Positions 9,707 to 18,168 of a stretch of 47,862 nt of DNA are shown here, one piece after another (position 1 is the stretch's first letter; each line of letters begins with the position of its first letter). A program made the translations under genes and the position numbers. The stretch is taken from positions 80,785 to 128,646 of the forward strand of contig JACROC010000007.1 of assembly GCA_016214655.1 (NCBI GenBank). The letters are read 5' to 3'. A model generated the notes under the pieces. That model worked only from the letters and a program-made list of their open reading frames with translations. It searched no databases and was not told the DNA's origin. This DNA comes from Candidatus Harrisonbacteria bacterium (GTDB lineage Bacteria > Patescibacteriota > Minisyncoccia > UBA6257 > 02-FULL-45-10c).

Positions 9707-10002
9707 TAATTAAGATAAACTTTGTCGCCTTCTCTCACCTTATCTTTAACCTTAATGCCGACCTCTTTTCCTTTTGGCGCCTTATCCACCGATTTCCTGT
9801 CTACCTGCATAGAGGTAACATCTTGAGAAAAATCGGATGTTGCTCCCTGAAAAGTCAAATTTTTCCCCGCCGGAATATCTTGATTGAATTTAACTATTGC
9901 AACACCCAGATGGCTGTAATAATGAGTTACTTCACCAACCGGCTTATCCGTCCGCGGAACTTTCTTAGAAAGCCCAAGGGCTTTTAGTAATTTTTTTAGC
10001 AT
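9706..10002 (-). CDS. Translation elongation factor-like small beta-barrel protein
   Basis: 98 aa. The pattern GEVTHYYSHLGVAIVKF...GDKVYL resembles EF-Tu domain-2-like single-domain proteins. Confidence 0.4.
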   Translation of the reverse strand: MLKKLLKALGLSKKVPRTDKPVGEVTHYYSHLGVAIVKFNQDIPAGKNLTFQGATSDFSQDVTSMQVDRKSVDKAPKGKEVGIKVKDKVREGDKVYLN

Positions 10003-10014
10003 AATTTAAAATTT

Positions 10015-10611
10015 TTATCCTCGCGTAAATCGACCGTTTGCTTTTTTATCTTTTTCTATTTCTTCAACAACCATATCCAATAAATCTTTTATATCTTTCG
10101 AATAAACTACTCGTCCCGGTCCGCGATGCATCTTGGAAACAATATTTTTAAGCTCGTCAGCCGTGCCGCCGGTCCCCTCTAAAACACCAATTGGCTTATT
10201 ATCCTCAAAAGCAATTGTAAATTCGTTCAGCGTACCCATTCTACCGCAAACCGTGATCACTGCATCAGAAGAACGAGTTAGTAAAAGATTCCTACCCGAA
10301 TACTCAAAACCGGTATAAATAATTAAATCATGATAATCTGTCGGCAGCTTATAAGTTTTTAAATGCGCAGATTCCGAAGAAGCCGGCGAAAGACCGATGA
10401 CTATTCCACCTTCTTCCTTAGCCCCCTTGGCAGCCCAATAGGGAATCCCGACAGTTGCGCCAGTCACTAAAACCATTCCCCGCCTGGCAATTTCCCTTCC
10501 TAATTCTTCGGCTTTCTGAGGCGCATCAATAGCGCAATGCCCGGTATCCGCCGCTCCAGAAATGCATATTTTATATTTCAGTTGATGTCGGCGACTTAAT
10601 TTAATAGCCAT
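10015..10611 (-). CDS. TIGR00725-family (LOG / lysine-decarboxylase-like Rossmann) protein
   Basis: 198 aa. ISGAADTG, VLVTGATVGIPYWAAKGAKEEGG and CGRMGTLNEF motifs. Confidence 0.7.
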   Translation of the reverse strand: MAIKLSRRHQLKYKICISGAADTGHCAIDAPQKAEELGREIARRGMVLVTGATVGIPYWAAKGAKEEGGIVIGLSPASSESAHLKTYKLPTDYHDLIIYTGFEYSGRNLLLTRSSDAVITVCGRMGTLNEFTIAFEDNKPIGVLEGTGGTADELKNIVSKMHRGPGRVVYSKDIKDLLDMVVEEIEKDKKANGRFTRG

Positions 10612-10627
10612 ACTTATATATTATAGC

Positions 10628-10657
10628 ATAAAAATTGAGCCTGTATCAGGCTCAATT
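10628..10657 (-). terminator. Rho-independent terminator ending the ruvA / murE-like / MBL operon
   Basis: 11-bp stem, 10633-10643 (AATTGAGCCTG) pairing with 10647-10657 (CAGGCTCAATT), with loop TAT. A T-run follows on the minus strand. Confidence 0.7.
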
Positions 10658-10685
10658 TCGTTGGACAAAATTTCCGGTAAATAAA

Positions 10686-12026
10686 CTACAATTCGTATGG
10701 TTTTCCCTCCTCTGGTATAGCGGCTTCCACCGCCAGGTCGTTAATTACTCTTTGAACAAAAGCAGAGCTAGATTCGTCCTCACCCTGTACCACGAAAACC
10801 TTTTTCAAAGTAAACCGCATTGGGTGCAGCCACGATAAAAGTTGGCGCTGGTCAGCATGAGCAGAATAACCATGAATGGAAACAGCTTTACAGCGCACTA
10901 AAACTTCCTCACCGTGAATTTTAACAGTCTTTACGCCCTCTTGTATCTTCCTCCCTAAGGAGCCTCTTGCCTGATATCCGATAAATAAAATTGTACTGTT
11001 TGGGTCGGGAAAATATCTTTTCTCATGATGCAAGATTCTCCCGCCATTAGACATTCCTGATCCAGCAATAATCACTTTGGGCGGCCTTACTTCATTAATA
11101 GCCCTGGATTCCTCCGTGCTTAAAGCCTTTTTCAGCCCAGGGAAATCAAATAACATATTATCTCCTCTTAAAATATTCATCGTTGCCTCATCGAAATAAT
11201 CCTTATATTTTTTGTAAACATCGGTGACCTTTATCGCCAAAGGACTGTCCAAAAAAACCTGTACTGGCGGCACGCGTTTATTTTCTATCAATTCATTAAT
11301 ATCAAAAAGTAATTTCTGGGTACGTTCCATGGCAAATGCTGGAATCATCAGCACTCCGCCGGCTTTGATTGTATCTTCTATCACATCCTCTATCGCTCCT
11401 TGCGGCAATTCGCCGTGTATTCGGTCTCCGTAAGTTGACTCTACTATGCAATAATCCGCCTCTTCCAAAACATCATAAGGACCGATAATCGGCGCCGGGC
11501 TATTACCAAGATCACCGGAAAAAACAATTTTCTTTCCTTCAACTTCGACTAGTACAATACTGGATCCTAAAATGTGGCCAGCATTGTATAAAGTAACTTT
11601 CATCGGACCGACGCTAATTTCCTGATGATAAGGCACGCCCTCCCATTTCGCCATCAACTCTTCCACTTCTCTGACACCATAAAGCGGTGGCAATTTAAAC
11701 CGCTCCGCCTCATCCATAAGTACATGTTCCGAATCCAATAAAAGAAGATTAGCAAAATCCCTTGTGGGGGGAGTGGAATAAACCTTTCCGCGAAATCCTT
11801 CTTTAACTAACTTGGGCAGGCGGCCAGTGTGATCCACGTGAGCGTGGGTAGGAAAAACCGCATCAATATCCTTCGGATTATATGGAAATGGGCCCCAATT
11901 ATGTTTTTCGGAAAAACTGCCGCCCTGGGCTAATCCGCAGTCAATCAAAATTTTGGTGTCGCCGCTCTCCAATAAATAATTAGCGCCAGTTACCTCCTTA
12001 ACCCCGCCATGAAAAGTAAGTTTCAT
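10686..12026 (-). CDS. MBL-fold beta-CASP RNA-metabolising hydrolase (CPSF/RNase J-like)
   Basis: 446 aa. HAHVDHTGRLP (HxHxDH) motif, and a later beta-CASP-like region ending HGYSAHAD. Confidence 0.8.
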   Translation of the reverse strand: MKLTFHGGVKEVTGANYLLESGDTKILIDCGLAQGGSFSEKHNWGPFPYNPKDIDAVFPTHAHVDHTGRLPKLVKEGFRGKVYSTPPTRDFANLLLLDSEHVLMDEAERFKLPPLYGVREVEELMAKWEGVPYHQEISVGPMKVTLYNAGHILGSSIVLVEVEGKKIVFSGDLGNSPAPIIGPYDVLEEADYCIVESTYGDRIHGELPQGAIEDVIEDTIKAGGVLMIPAFAMERTQKLLFDINELIENKRVPPVQVFLDSPLAIKVTDVYKKYKDYFDEATMNILRGDNMLFDFPGLKKALSTEESRAINEVRPPKVIIAGSGMSNGGRILHHEKRYFPDPNSTILFIGYQARGSLGRKIQEGVKTVKIHGEEVLVRCKAVSIHGYSAHADQRQLLSWLHPMRFTLKKVFVVQGEDESSSAFVQRVINDLAVEAAIPEEGKPYEL

Positions 12027-12067
12027 AGATTAATTATAACAAATAAAAAAACTGACTGGAAAAATGA

Positions 12068-13300
12068 CTAAATCTCAATTGTCTCATGATTCAAAATCTT
12101 CAGTGCAACTTCTTTTTCGTTCCACGGAATCTGTTTTTCGCCGACAACCCTGATATATGACTCACAGCCCTTGCCAGTCATTATTATGGCATCGCTTTTT
12201 TTTGCCATTTTAATGGCGGCCCGGATCGCCTCTTTTCTGTCCACAATTTTTTTAACCTTTTTCTTATTATCATTCATAATGCCGGCTTCAATCTCGTCAA
12301 TTATTTCAATAGGATCCTCATCAAATGGATCTTCATTGGTTAAAATGATCTGATCGCAATAACGGGCCGCAATCTCCCCCATTACCGGCCGCTTCCAGAC
12401 ATCCCGCCCTCCGCCGGCAGAACCCAAAACACAAATCATCCTGCCGTTAACTTTCGACTTGGGACTTTTAACTTTTAAAACCTCTCTCCTAACTGTCTGA
12501 TAGACTTTTTCCAATGAATCTGGTGTATGAGCGTAATCCACAATCACCGCAAAAGGAATACGCTGCACAAATTCCAAACGGCCAGGAACGCCGTCAAACC
12601 TTTCAATCGCATCGCGGATAATATCCCAGTCAATGCCGCGACTGCGGGCAAAAGCAATAGCCGCGGCGATATTTTCACGATTAAATTCACCAATCAACTT
12701 GGTCTTAATTCTTAAAGCGGCGATATCTTTTTTATTATAAAAAATTATATTACCCAAACCCTTAACCGCTTCGGAAAAATAACTGTGATCCCGGGCATCA
12801 CTGTTGATAAAAAAATATTTAGGCTGTTTCAGTGAATTATGCGCGACATCATAAAATAATTTTACTTTGCTGGAACGATAATTTTCATAGGATCCGTGCG
12901 CCTCAATATGTTCTGGCTCCAAATTAGTCAGAAAAACCGCATCAAAATCAATAGAATTATGCCGGTGCTGCAAAATGCCCTGTGAAGTAACTTCGACAAT
13001 GGCATACTGACACCCGACATTAGAGGCTTCAAATAAAAATTTCTGCAGGAAAAATCTCCCTGGCATACTCATCCCGGTCAAATTAGATTTTGATGAACCA
13101 TTAATCTTAAAACGGACGGATGAGCTAATAGCGGTCTTTTTTCCGGCAGCCTCCAAAATAGCGTTCAATAATTCAATGACTGTAGATTTTCCCTTGGTGC
13201 CAGTCACGCCGATAACAAAAATTTTCTTAGATGGCTGATTATATATCTGGCTGCCCAGCCACGCTAGGAAATAATGATATAATGATCGTAAAAAATACAT
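12068..13300 (-). CDS. Mur ligase family protein, MurE-like (short form)
   Basis: 410 aa. P-loop GVTGTKGKST, central DYAHTPDSL and C-terminal TNEDPFDEDP, where MurE has DNPR. It lacks the usual N-terminal domain, so substrate specificity is uncertain. Confidence 0.7.
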   Translation of the reverse strand: MYFLRSLYHYFLAWLGSQIYNQPSKKIFVIGVTGTKGKSTVIELLNAILEAAGKKTAISSSVRFKINGSSKSNLTGMSMPGRFFLQKFLFEASNVGCQYAIVEVTSQGILQHRHNSIDFDAVFLTNLEPEHIEAHGSYENYRSSKVKLFYDVAHNSLKQPKYFFINSDARDHSYFSEAVKGLGNIIFYNKKDIAALRIKTKLIGEFNRENIAAAIAFARSRGIDWDIIRDAIERFDGVPGRLEFVQRIPFAVIVDYAHTPDSLEKVYQTVRREVLKVKSPKSKVNGRMICVLGSAGGGRDVWKRPVMGEIAARYCDQIILTNEDPFDEDPIEIIDEIEAGIMNDNKKKVKKIVDRKEAIRAAIKMAKKSDAIIMTGKGCESYIRVVGEKQIPWNEKEVALKILNHETIEI

Positions 13301-13303
13301 AAA

Positions 13304-13882
13304 CTACCTGTTTTTTAAAAGTCTTAATACCTCTTTTATCCTTTCTTCCATTTTTACAACCCCGGGATTAATTTTTGCCAATGCATCTTTTGCTTGTGAT
13401 TTCGTGTAGCCCAGATTTGAAAGCGCCTCCACAATATCATGATCAGCCTCCATTATGCCTACTATTTTTCCGGTTCCCTCCTGTGCTAATTTATTACGCA
13501 GCTCTAAAATAATCCGGTCAGCGGTCTTTTTGCCGACACCGGATGCTTTAGTCAGAAGCTCAGAACGACCCTCGATAATCGCTGCCCGCAATTTATCAGC
13601 CTTTTCTACCCCCAAAATCCCCATAGCCGATTTCGGACCGATGCCAGAAATACTGATTAACTTCTCAAATAAATTCAGTTCTTCTTTATCTAAAAATCCG
13701 TAAAGTTCCAGCGCATCCTCCCGGACATGTAAGTAAGTATATACATTGACTATTTGTCCAATTTGTGGCAAACTCTTCACGACATTGAAAGAAGATTTTA
13801 CCAGAAATGCCATACCGCCAATTTCTACCACAAACCAACTGCCGTGTTTTTCTAATAATGCTCCTTTTAGAGAATAAATCAT
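13304..13882 (-). CDS. ruvA: Holliday junction branch migration complex subunit RuvA
   Basis: 192 aa. MIYSLKG...HVREDALELYGF, helix-hairpin-helix motifs ISGIGPKSA and ASGVGKKTADRI. Confidence 0.9.
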   Translation of the reverse strand: MIYSLKGALLEKHGSWFVVEIGGMAFLVKSSFNVVKSLPQIGQIVNVYTYLHVREDALELYGFLDKEELNLFEKLISISGIGPKSAMGILGVEKADKLRAAIIEGRSELLTKASGVGKKTADRIILELRNKLAQEGTGKIVGIMEADHDIVEALSNLGYTKSQAKDALAKINPGVVKMEERIKEVLRLLKNR

Positions 13883-13899
13883 TATATTAAGTATATTCT

Positions 13900-15693
13900 A
13901 TGTTTAAACTAGTCTCCAACTTTAAACCAACCGGCGACCAGCCCAAAGCAATAGAAAGTCTGGTCAATGGAATCCAATCCGGGATAAAAGACCAGGTTCT
14001 TTTGGGCGTCACCGGCTCCGGAAAAACCTTTACCATGGCCTCGGTTATTGAAAAACTAAATCTGCCAACACTGATAATCTCTCCGAATAAAATATTGGCG
14101 GCTCAACTTTATCAGGAATTCAAACAATTTTTTCCTAACAATGCCGTGCATTATTTCGTTTCTTATTATGACTATTATCAACCGGAAGCCTATCTGCCCC
14201 ATACTAATATTTATATCCAAAAAGACGCCCGAATTAATAAAGAAATAGATAAATTACGCCACGCAGCAATCCAAAGCGTTCTTAGCCGAAAAGATACCCT
14301 AGTAATTGCTTCTGTTTCTTGTATTTATGGGGTCGGCGATCCATCTGAATACCAGAGAATCCGGCTCGAATTAAAAGTCGGGCAAGTAATTGGAATGGCG
14401 GATTTGGCTCGGCACTTCAATTTTCTGCAATATGAACGCACCACTCGCGAGCCGGACCAGGGACAATTTAAAATCTTGAAAGATAAAGTAGTAATTAACT
14501 CTGTGACCGGGGAATTGTTCACTGTGGAATTCCGAAATAAAAAAATAATCCAAATTTTGGGAACAAATTTCACTCCAGTTGAAAGTATAGCTATCTATCC
14601 GGCAAAATTCTGGGTGACTCCCCAGCAAAAGTTGAAATTAGCTCTCCAGAATATCAAAACGGAAATGGAAGAAAGGGTTGAGGAGCTTCAGTCAGCGAAT
14701 AAATTTGAGGAAGCCGACCGCATAGAAAAAAGAACACTCTTTGACTTGGAAATGCTGAAGAAAAACGGGTACGTGAATGGTATTGAAAATTATTCGCGGC
14801 ACTTGGCTTTCCGGCAGCCAGGCGAACCGCCATCAACTTTGCTGGATTATTTCCCGAAACCGTTTCTTCTATTTACTGATGAATCTCATATTGCCGTCCC
14901 CCAGCTCAATGCCATGCAAGAAGGCGACCGCCGGCGCAAGACCACGTTGGTAGATTACGGTTTCCGCCTGCCATCAGCTTTGGATAACCGACCGCTGAAA
15001 TTCAACGAATTTAATTCCCGGATCGGGCAGACTATTTATGTTTCCGCCACCCCAGGTCCTTATGAACTCGAAAAAGCCGGAGAAAACATCGCCGAACAAT
15101 TAGTCCGTCCAACCGGAATCTTGGATCCGGAAATTGAAATAAGACCGGTAGAAACCCAAGTTATTGATTTACTGAAAGAAATTGAGAGGCGGATAGATTT
15201 GGATGAGCGGGTGTTGGCTCTTACCTTAACCAAGCGCTCAGCTGAAGATTTAACGGAATTCTTGCTTAATAAAGGGATTAAAGCCCACTACCTCCACTCC
15301 GAAATCAAAACCTTGAAACGGCCGGAAATTTTAAACGACCTTAGAAAAGGAAAGGTGGATGTGATAGTGGGTGTAAATCTTCTCCGCGAAGGATTGGATT
15401 TGCCAGAAGTAAGTTTAATGGCGATTCTCAATGCTGACCGGGAAGGGTTTCTCCGCAACTACCGCGGCCTGATCCAAATGGCAGGCAGAGCAGCTAGATC
15501 TATAAATGGAAAAGTTATTCTGTACGCAGACAAAATCACCGACTCGATCAAAAAAGCAATTATAGAAACTGAGCGCCGGAGAAAAATACAAAAAAAATAC
15601 AATGAAAAACTCGGTAGAGAGCCATTCGCTATTAAAAAAGCTATCACCGAATCAGATCTGACAAGATTAGCTAATATTCAGACTAAATCCTAG
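13900..15693 (+). CDS. uvrB: Excinuclease ABC subunit B, lacking the C-terminal UVR coiled-coil domain
   Basis: 597 aa. FKPTGDQPKAI, Walker A GVTGSGKT, DESH box, helicase motif VGVNLLREGLDLPEV and QMAGRAAR. The protein ends about 30 aa after the YNEK... segment, with no LEFEEAA-type UVR motif. Confidence 0.9.
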   Translation: MFKLVSNFKPTGDQPKAIESLVNGIQSGIKDQVLLGVTGSGKTFTMASVIEKLNLPTLIISPNKILAAQLYQEFKQFFPNNAVHYFVSYYDYYQPEAYLPHTNIYIQKDARINKEIDKLRHAAIQSVLSRKDTLVIASVSCIYGVGDPSEYQRIRLELKVGQVIGMADLARHFNFLQYERTTREPDQGQFKILKDKVVINSVTGELFTVEFRNKKIIQILGTNFTPVESIAIYPAKFWVTPQQKLKLALQNIKTEMEERVEELQSANKFEEADRIEKRTLFDLEMLKKNGYVNGIENYSRHLAFRQPGEPPSTLLDYFPKPFLLFTDESHIAVPQLNAMQEGDRRRKTTLVDYGFRLPSALDNRPLKFNEFNSRIGQTIYVSATPGPYELEKAGENIAEQLVRPTGILDPEIEIRPVETQVIDLLKEIERRIDLDERVLALTLTKRSAEDLTEFLLNKGIKAHYLHSEIKTLKRPEILNDLRKGKVDVIVGVNLLREGLDLPEVSLMAILNADREGFLRNYRGLIQMAGRAARSINGKVILYADKITDSIKKAIIETERRRKIQKKYNEKLGREPFAIKKAITESDLTRLANIQTKS

Positions 15694-15718
15694 ATTCTGC
15701 ATTTTTAGAAAAAAAGAA

Positions 15719-15748
15719 GCCCCTCCGCGACCTAAGTCGCAGAGGAGC
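15719..15748 (-). terminator. GC-rich hairpin terminator of the GC-rich ORF (may also serve uvrB on the plus strand)
   Basis: GCCCCTCCGCGAC-CTAA-GTCGCAGAGGAGC (11 of 13 positions paired). A T-run follows on the minus strand (complement of AGAAAAAAAGAA at 15707-15718), and TTTGTG follows on the plus strand. Confidence 0.55.
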
Positions 15749-15754
15749 TTTGTG

Positions 15755-16042
15755 TTAAGCCGCAGCGGGCGGCGCGGACGACACCTCCGCCTTCTTCCTC
15801 TCGATCCACTGCACCGGCACGATCCGGAACTTGCCGTTCTCGCCCAGCACCTTCTGGGTCTGGATCGCGGCCAGCACCCTGCCAAGCTCGTACTTCTCGG
15901 CGTACACCTGAGCTGCCGCGAAGCCGCTCGACTGGATGATCCGGCGAAGGACTTTGTCCGGATGCTTATCGCGCGCCGGATAGGCCCTGTTATCCGGCTT
16001 CCGCTTCTTGGCCGTCTCCTTCTTCTTCTGCTGTTGCGCCAT
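15755..16042 (-). CDS. Hypothetical 95-aa basic protein encoded in a high-GC island (probable foreign gene)
   Basis: By hand count this frame has about 63% GC and about 86% G/C at third codon positions, far above the flanks. GGAAGGGGGTGG (Shine-Dalgarno-like) lies 4 nt upstream of the ATG. A hairpin terminator follows downstream. Lys/Arg-rich N-terminal tail (AQQQKKKETAKKRKPD). No family recognised. Confidence 0.6.
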   Translation of the reverse strand: MAQQQKKKETAKKRKPDNRAYPARDKHPDKVLRRIIQSSGFAAAQVYAEKYELGRVLAAIQTQKVLGENGKFRIVPVQWIERKKAEVSSAPPAAA

Positions 16043-16130
16043 ATGCCACCCCCTTCCATTTTATTAAGGACCGACTGTGTAAATAAATACTATCACAAAA
16101 CCACATATCTGTCAATATTGACCTTTTTGT

Positions 16131-16163
16131 CTAAACCCTATACCCTAAACCCTATACCCTAAC
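16131..16163. repeat. Tandem 14-mer CTAAACCCTATACC, 2.4 copies (CTA every 7 nt, five times)
   Basis: Perfect direct repeat read from the sequence, ending 1 nt before the rpsT ATG. It gives TAA in all three plus frames and TAG in all three minus frames. Confidence 0.9.
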
Positions 16164-16164
16164 A

Positions 16165-16425
16165 ATGATCACTCAATCAGCTAAAAAAGCTTACCGCCAA
16201 AACCTCAAAAGACGCGCAGTCAATCTTAAAAGGAAAGAAGCATTGAAAAAGATTTTAAAAAACTATAAAAAACTGGTTTCCGCCGGCAAATTAGATGAGG
16301 CCAAAAAAGAACTGCCAAGTGTTTATAAAATTCTAGATAAATCAGCTAAAGTAAACCTCCTCAAAAAGAACACTGCCTCGCGGCTTAAGTCTCGCTTAAC
16401 AAAGCTTCTAGTCACTAGTCACTAG
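16165..16425 (+). CDS. rpsT: 30S ribosomal protein S20
   Basis: 86 aa. SAKKAYRQNLKRRAVNLKRK... is a typical basic helical S20 sequence. Confidence 0.9.
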   Translation: MITQSAKKAYRQNLKRRAVNLKRKEALKKILKNYKKLVSAGKLDEAKKELPSVYKILDKSAKVNLLKKNTASRLKSRLTKLLVTSH

Positions 16426-16428
16426 TCG
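16408..16428. repeat. Heptamer array CTAGTCA-CTAGTCA-CTAGTCG at the rpsT/holA convergent junction
   Basis: Three consecutive 7-mers. The rpsT stop is the TAG at 16423-16425. The holA stop is the CTA at 16429-16431. TAG/CTA fall in all three frames on both strands. Confidence 0.9.
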
Positions 16429-17238
16429 CTAATTACTCATCACTAAATCTAAAAGGGCTTCATCATACTCCAGTTTTCCCGATTTAACTGCCGCGTCATA
16501 ATCCGCAACTTTTTCTTTCCAGCCTTTGTCAGCATAAGGAGAAACCGCCATAATATTAAAAATTACAGCCGCATCTTCGCTTCTGGATAAAAGTTCTTCT
16601 AATAAAGATAGGCGCTCGCTTTTTCTGGAGGAATTCCGAATCTGATTAATTATGAAAAAAATATTTACCGGCAACGAAGCGTCTAGGTGATCTTCTAAGA
16701 TTTTTAAACTAATTTTCTTTTCATCGAGCAAAGATAATTTATCCAATTCAGTTACCAAACCCCAACCATCATTCATAAAAGCCCCCAATAACAGATCTTT
16801 GGCCGCGCTATTAAAATTTAAATCCCTTGACTTTGCTTCCCGATCAAAAAACTCACCAAGCTCTGCACCAAATAAATTTTCAAATTCCTGATGCAATGCC
16901 GGTTTTTCCAATAAAAATTTAAATTCTTTAGTTGGTTTTTTGTCTTGGCTGATTACCAAAACCTGTTCTTTAACTTTTAAATTTTCTTTTAATAACTCTA
17001 TATATTCTTTTTGTGCAGTTTTTTCCAAATTACTGCCGCCTTTAACTATTCCCAATTTAAAATTGTCAAAAAGCGATCTGGCCTTAACGAAGTCTTTTAA
17101 TTTATCCAATCCGCCGTCATCTTCTAAATTGAAATGCTCAATGGAAAAGCCGGAATGTTTTTCCTTATATTCCAAAACAATTTCCTTTAATTTTTGCTGG
17201 CGCCGATAAGAATCGGGGCCATATAAAAAAATGATCAT
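16429..17238 (-). CDS. holA: DNA polymerase III delta subunit
   Basis: The track ORF 16429-17334 overlaps the fpg 3' end. The internal ATG at 17238 gives MIIFLYGPDSYRRQQK..., the typical HolA N-terminus, and lies 7 nt after the fpg stop. Confidence 0.75.
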   Translation of the reverse strand: MIIFLYGPDSYRRQQKLKEIVLEYKEKHSGFSIEHFNLEDDGGLDKLKDFVKARSLFDNFKLGIVKGGSNLEKTAQKEYIELLKENLKVKEQVLVISQDKKPTKEFKFLLEKPALHQEFENLFGAELGEFFDREAKSRDLNFNSAAKDLLLGAFMNDGWGLVTELDKLSLLDEKKISLKILEDHLDASLPVNIFFIINQIRNSSRKSERLSLLEELLSRSEDAAVIFNIMAVSPYADKGWKEKVADYDAAVKSGKLEYDEALLDLVMSN

Positions 17239-17245
17239 AATTTTA

Positions 17246-18163
17246 TTATCTCTGGCATTTCGGACAAAAATGAGCTGATCTTCCCCCAACAGTAATTCGC
17301 TTGATTTTAACTCTACATCTCCTGCACGGTTCACCTTCGCGCTGATAAACTAAGCGCTCCTCAGTATATCCTCCTTTCTTACCAGCAGTGTCCCGATAAT
17401 CGCTGGTAGAAGTACCGCGAAGTTTTACTGCTTTACTCAAAATTTCCCGCATAGCTTTCCATAACCCATTCAGCTCCTTAATGCTTAACTTATTCGCCGA
17501 TTTAAGCGGATGAACTTTGGCCTTCCATAAAATGTCATCTGAATAAATATTACCAATACCGGCAATCACTTCCTGATCCATCAAAACTTGTTTGATCTTC
17601 CGTTTTTCATCCTTTATTAACTTTACGAACTTTATAAACTCAAAACTCTTGTCTAATGGTTCTGGCCCTAATTTTTGAAGTTCTGGCAAATTTTCAATTT
17701 GTTCCTTATTCCCCAAAATAGCTTTGCCGAATTTACGAACATCAGAATATCCCAACATTTTTCCACTATCCAAATAAAAAATTAAATGGATGTATTGATT
17801 ATATGAATCCTCCACGGCCTCTCGCGGCTCAAGTGGTATAACCATTTCTTTTCCCTTTTTACTTTCTACTTTCCACCTTCCCACAATTAGGTGTCCGGTC
17901 ATTTTCAGATGAACCAGCATCATATAACCGCCACTTAAATAAATAAGTATATTCTTGGCGCGCCTCTTTACTTCCAAAATCTTTTTATCCTTGATAACTT
18001 TTTTAAAAACCTCTACATGCTTATGCGCGACTTTATTTCTCTGCTGATCCAATGGATCTTTCAGCATCTTTGGCCAATCAAACCAAACACCAACAATCCT
18101 TCGGCCACGGACCTTTTTATTTAAATCACTTACTATTGTTTGTACCTCTGGTAACTCTGGCAT
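17246..18163 (-). CDS. mutM: Formamidopyrimidine-DNA glycosylase
   Basis: 305 aa. MPELPEVQT catalytic N-terminus, H2TH region, and C-terminal zinc finger CRRC...CPKCQ. Confidence 0.9.
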   Translation of the reverse strand: MPELPEVQTIVSDLNKKVRGRRIVGVWFDWPKMLKDPLDQQRNKVAHKHVEVFKKVIKDKKILEVKRRAKNILIYLSGGYMMLVHLKMTGHLIVGRWKVESKKGKEMVIPLEPREAVEDSYNQYIHLIFYLDSGKMLGYSDVRKFGKAILGNKEQIENLPELQKLGPEPLDKSFEFIKFVKLIKDEKRKIKQVLMDQEVIAGIGNIYSDDILWKAKVHPLKSANKLSIKELNGLWKAMREILSKAVKLRGTSTSDYRDTAGKKGGYTEERLVYQREGEPCRRCRVKIKRITVGGRSAHFCPKCQR

Positions 18164-18168
18164 AAATA

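Noticed and set aside
13883-13899. Only 17 nt between the divergent ruvA and uvrB start codons
   Set aside because: This reflects extreme gene packing (the promoters must lie within the coding regions). There is no specific motif or structure to report.
15667-16162. Two long overlapping ORFs in the track (130 aa on the minus strand, 136 aa on the plus strand), both Arg-rich, in the GC-rich island
   Set aside because: Open frames on both strands are expected by chance in about 63% GC DNA. Their composition (poly-Arg/Pro/Ser) is typical of off-frame translation. Only the 95-aa frame has the strong third-position GC bias, an SD and a terminator.
16408-16431. CRISPR array or other spacer-containing repeat, as an explanation for the short tandem repeats here and at 24108-24135 and similar sites
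   Set aside because: The units are only 7 nt and directly abut with no spacers. There are 3-5 copies per site, and no cas genes are present in the window.
16429-17334. N-terminal extensions of track ORFs: holA from 17334, yebC from 29647, rnpA from 36810, yidC from 37150, the beta-propeller-like gene from 39964
   Set aside because: In each case an internal ATG gives the family-typical N-terminus or signal anchor and removes overlap with the neighbouring gene or a stop-rich repeat. Trimmed coordinates are reported instead.
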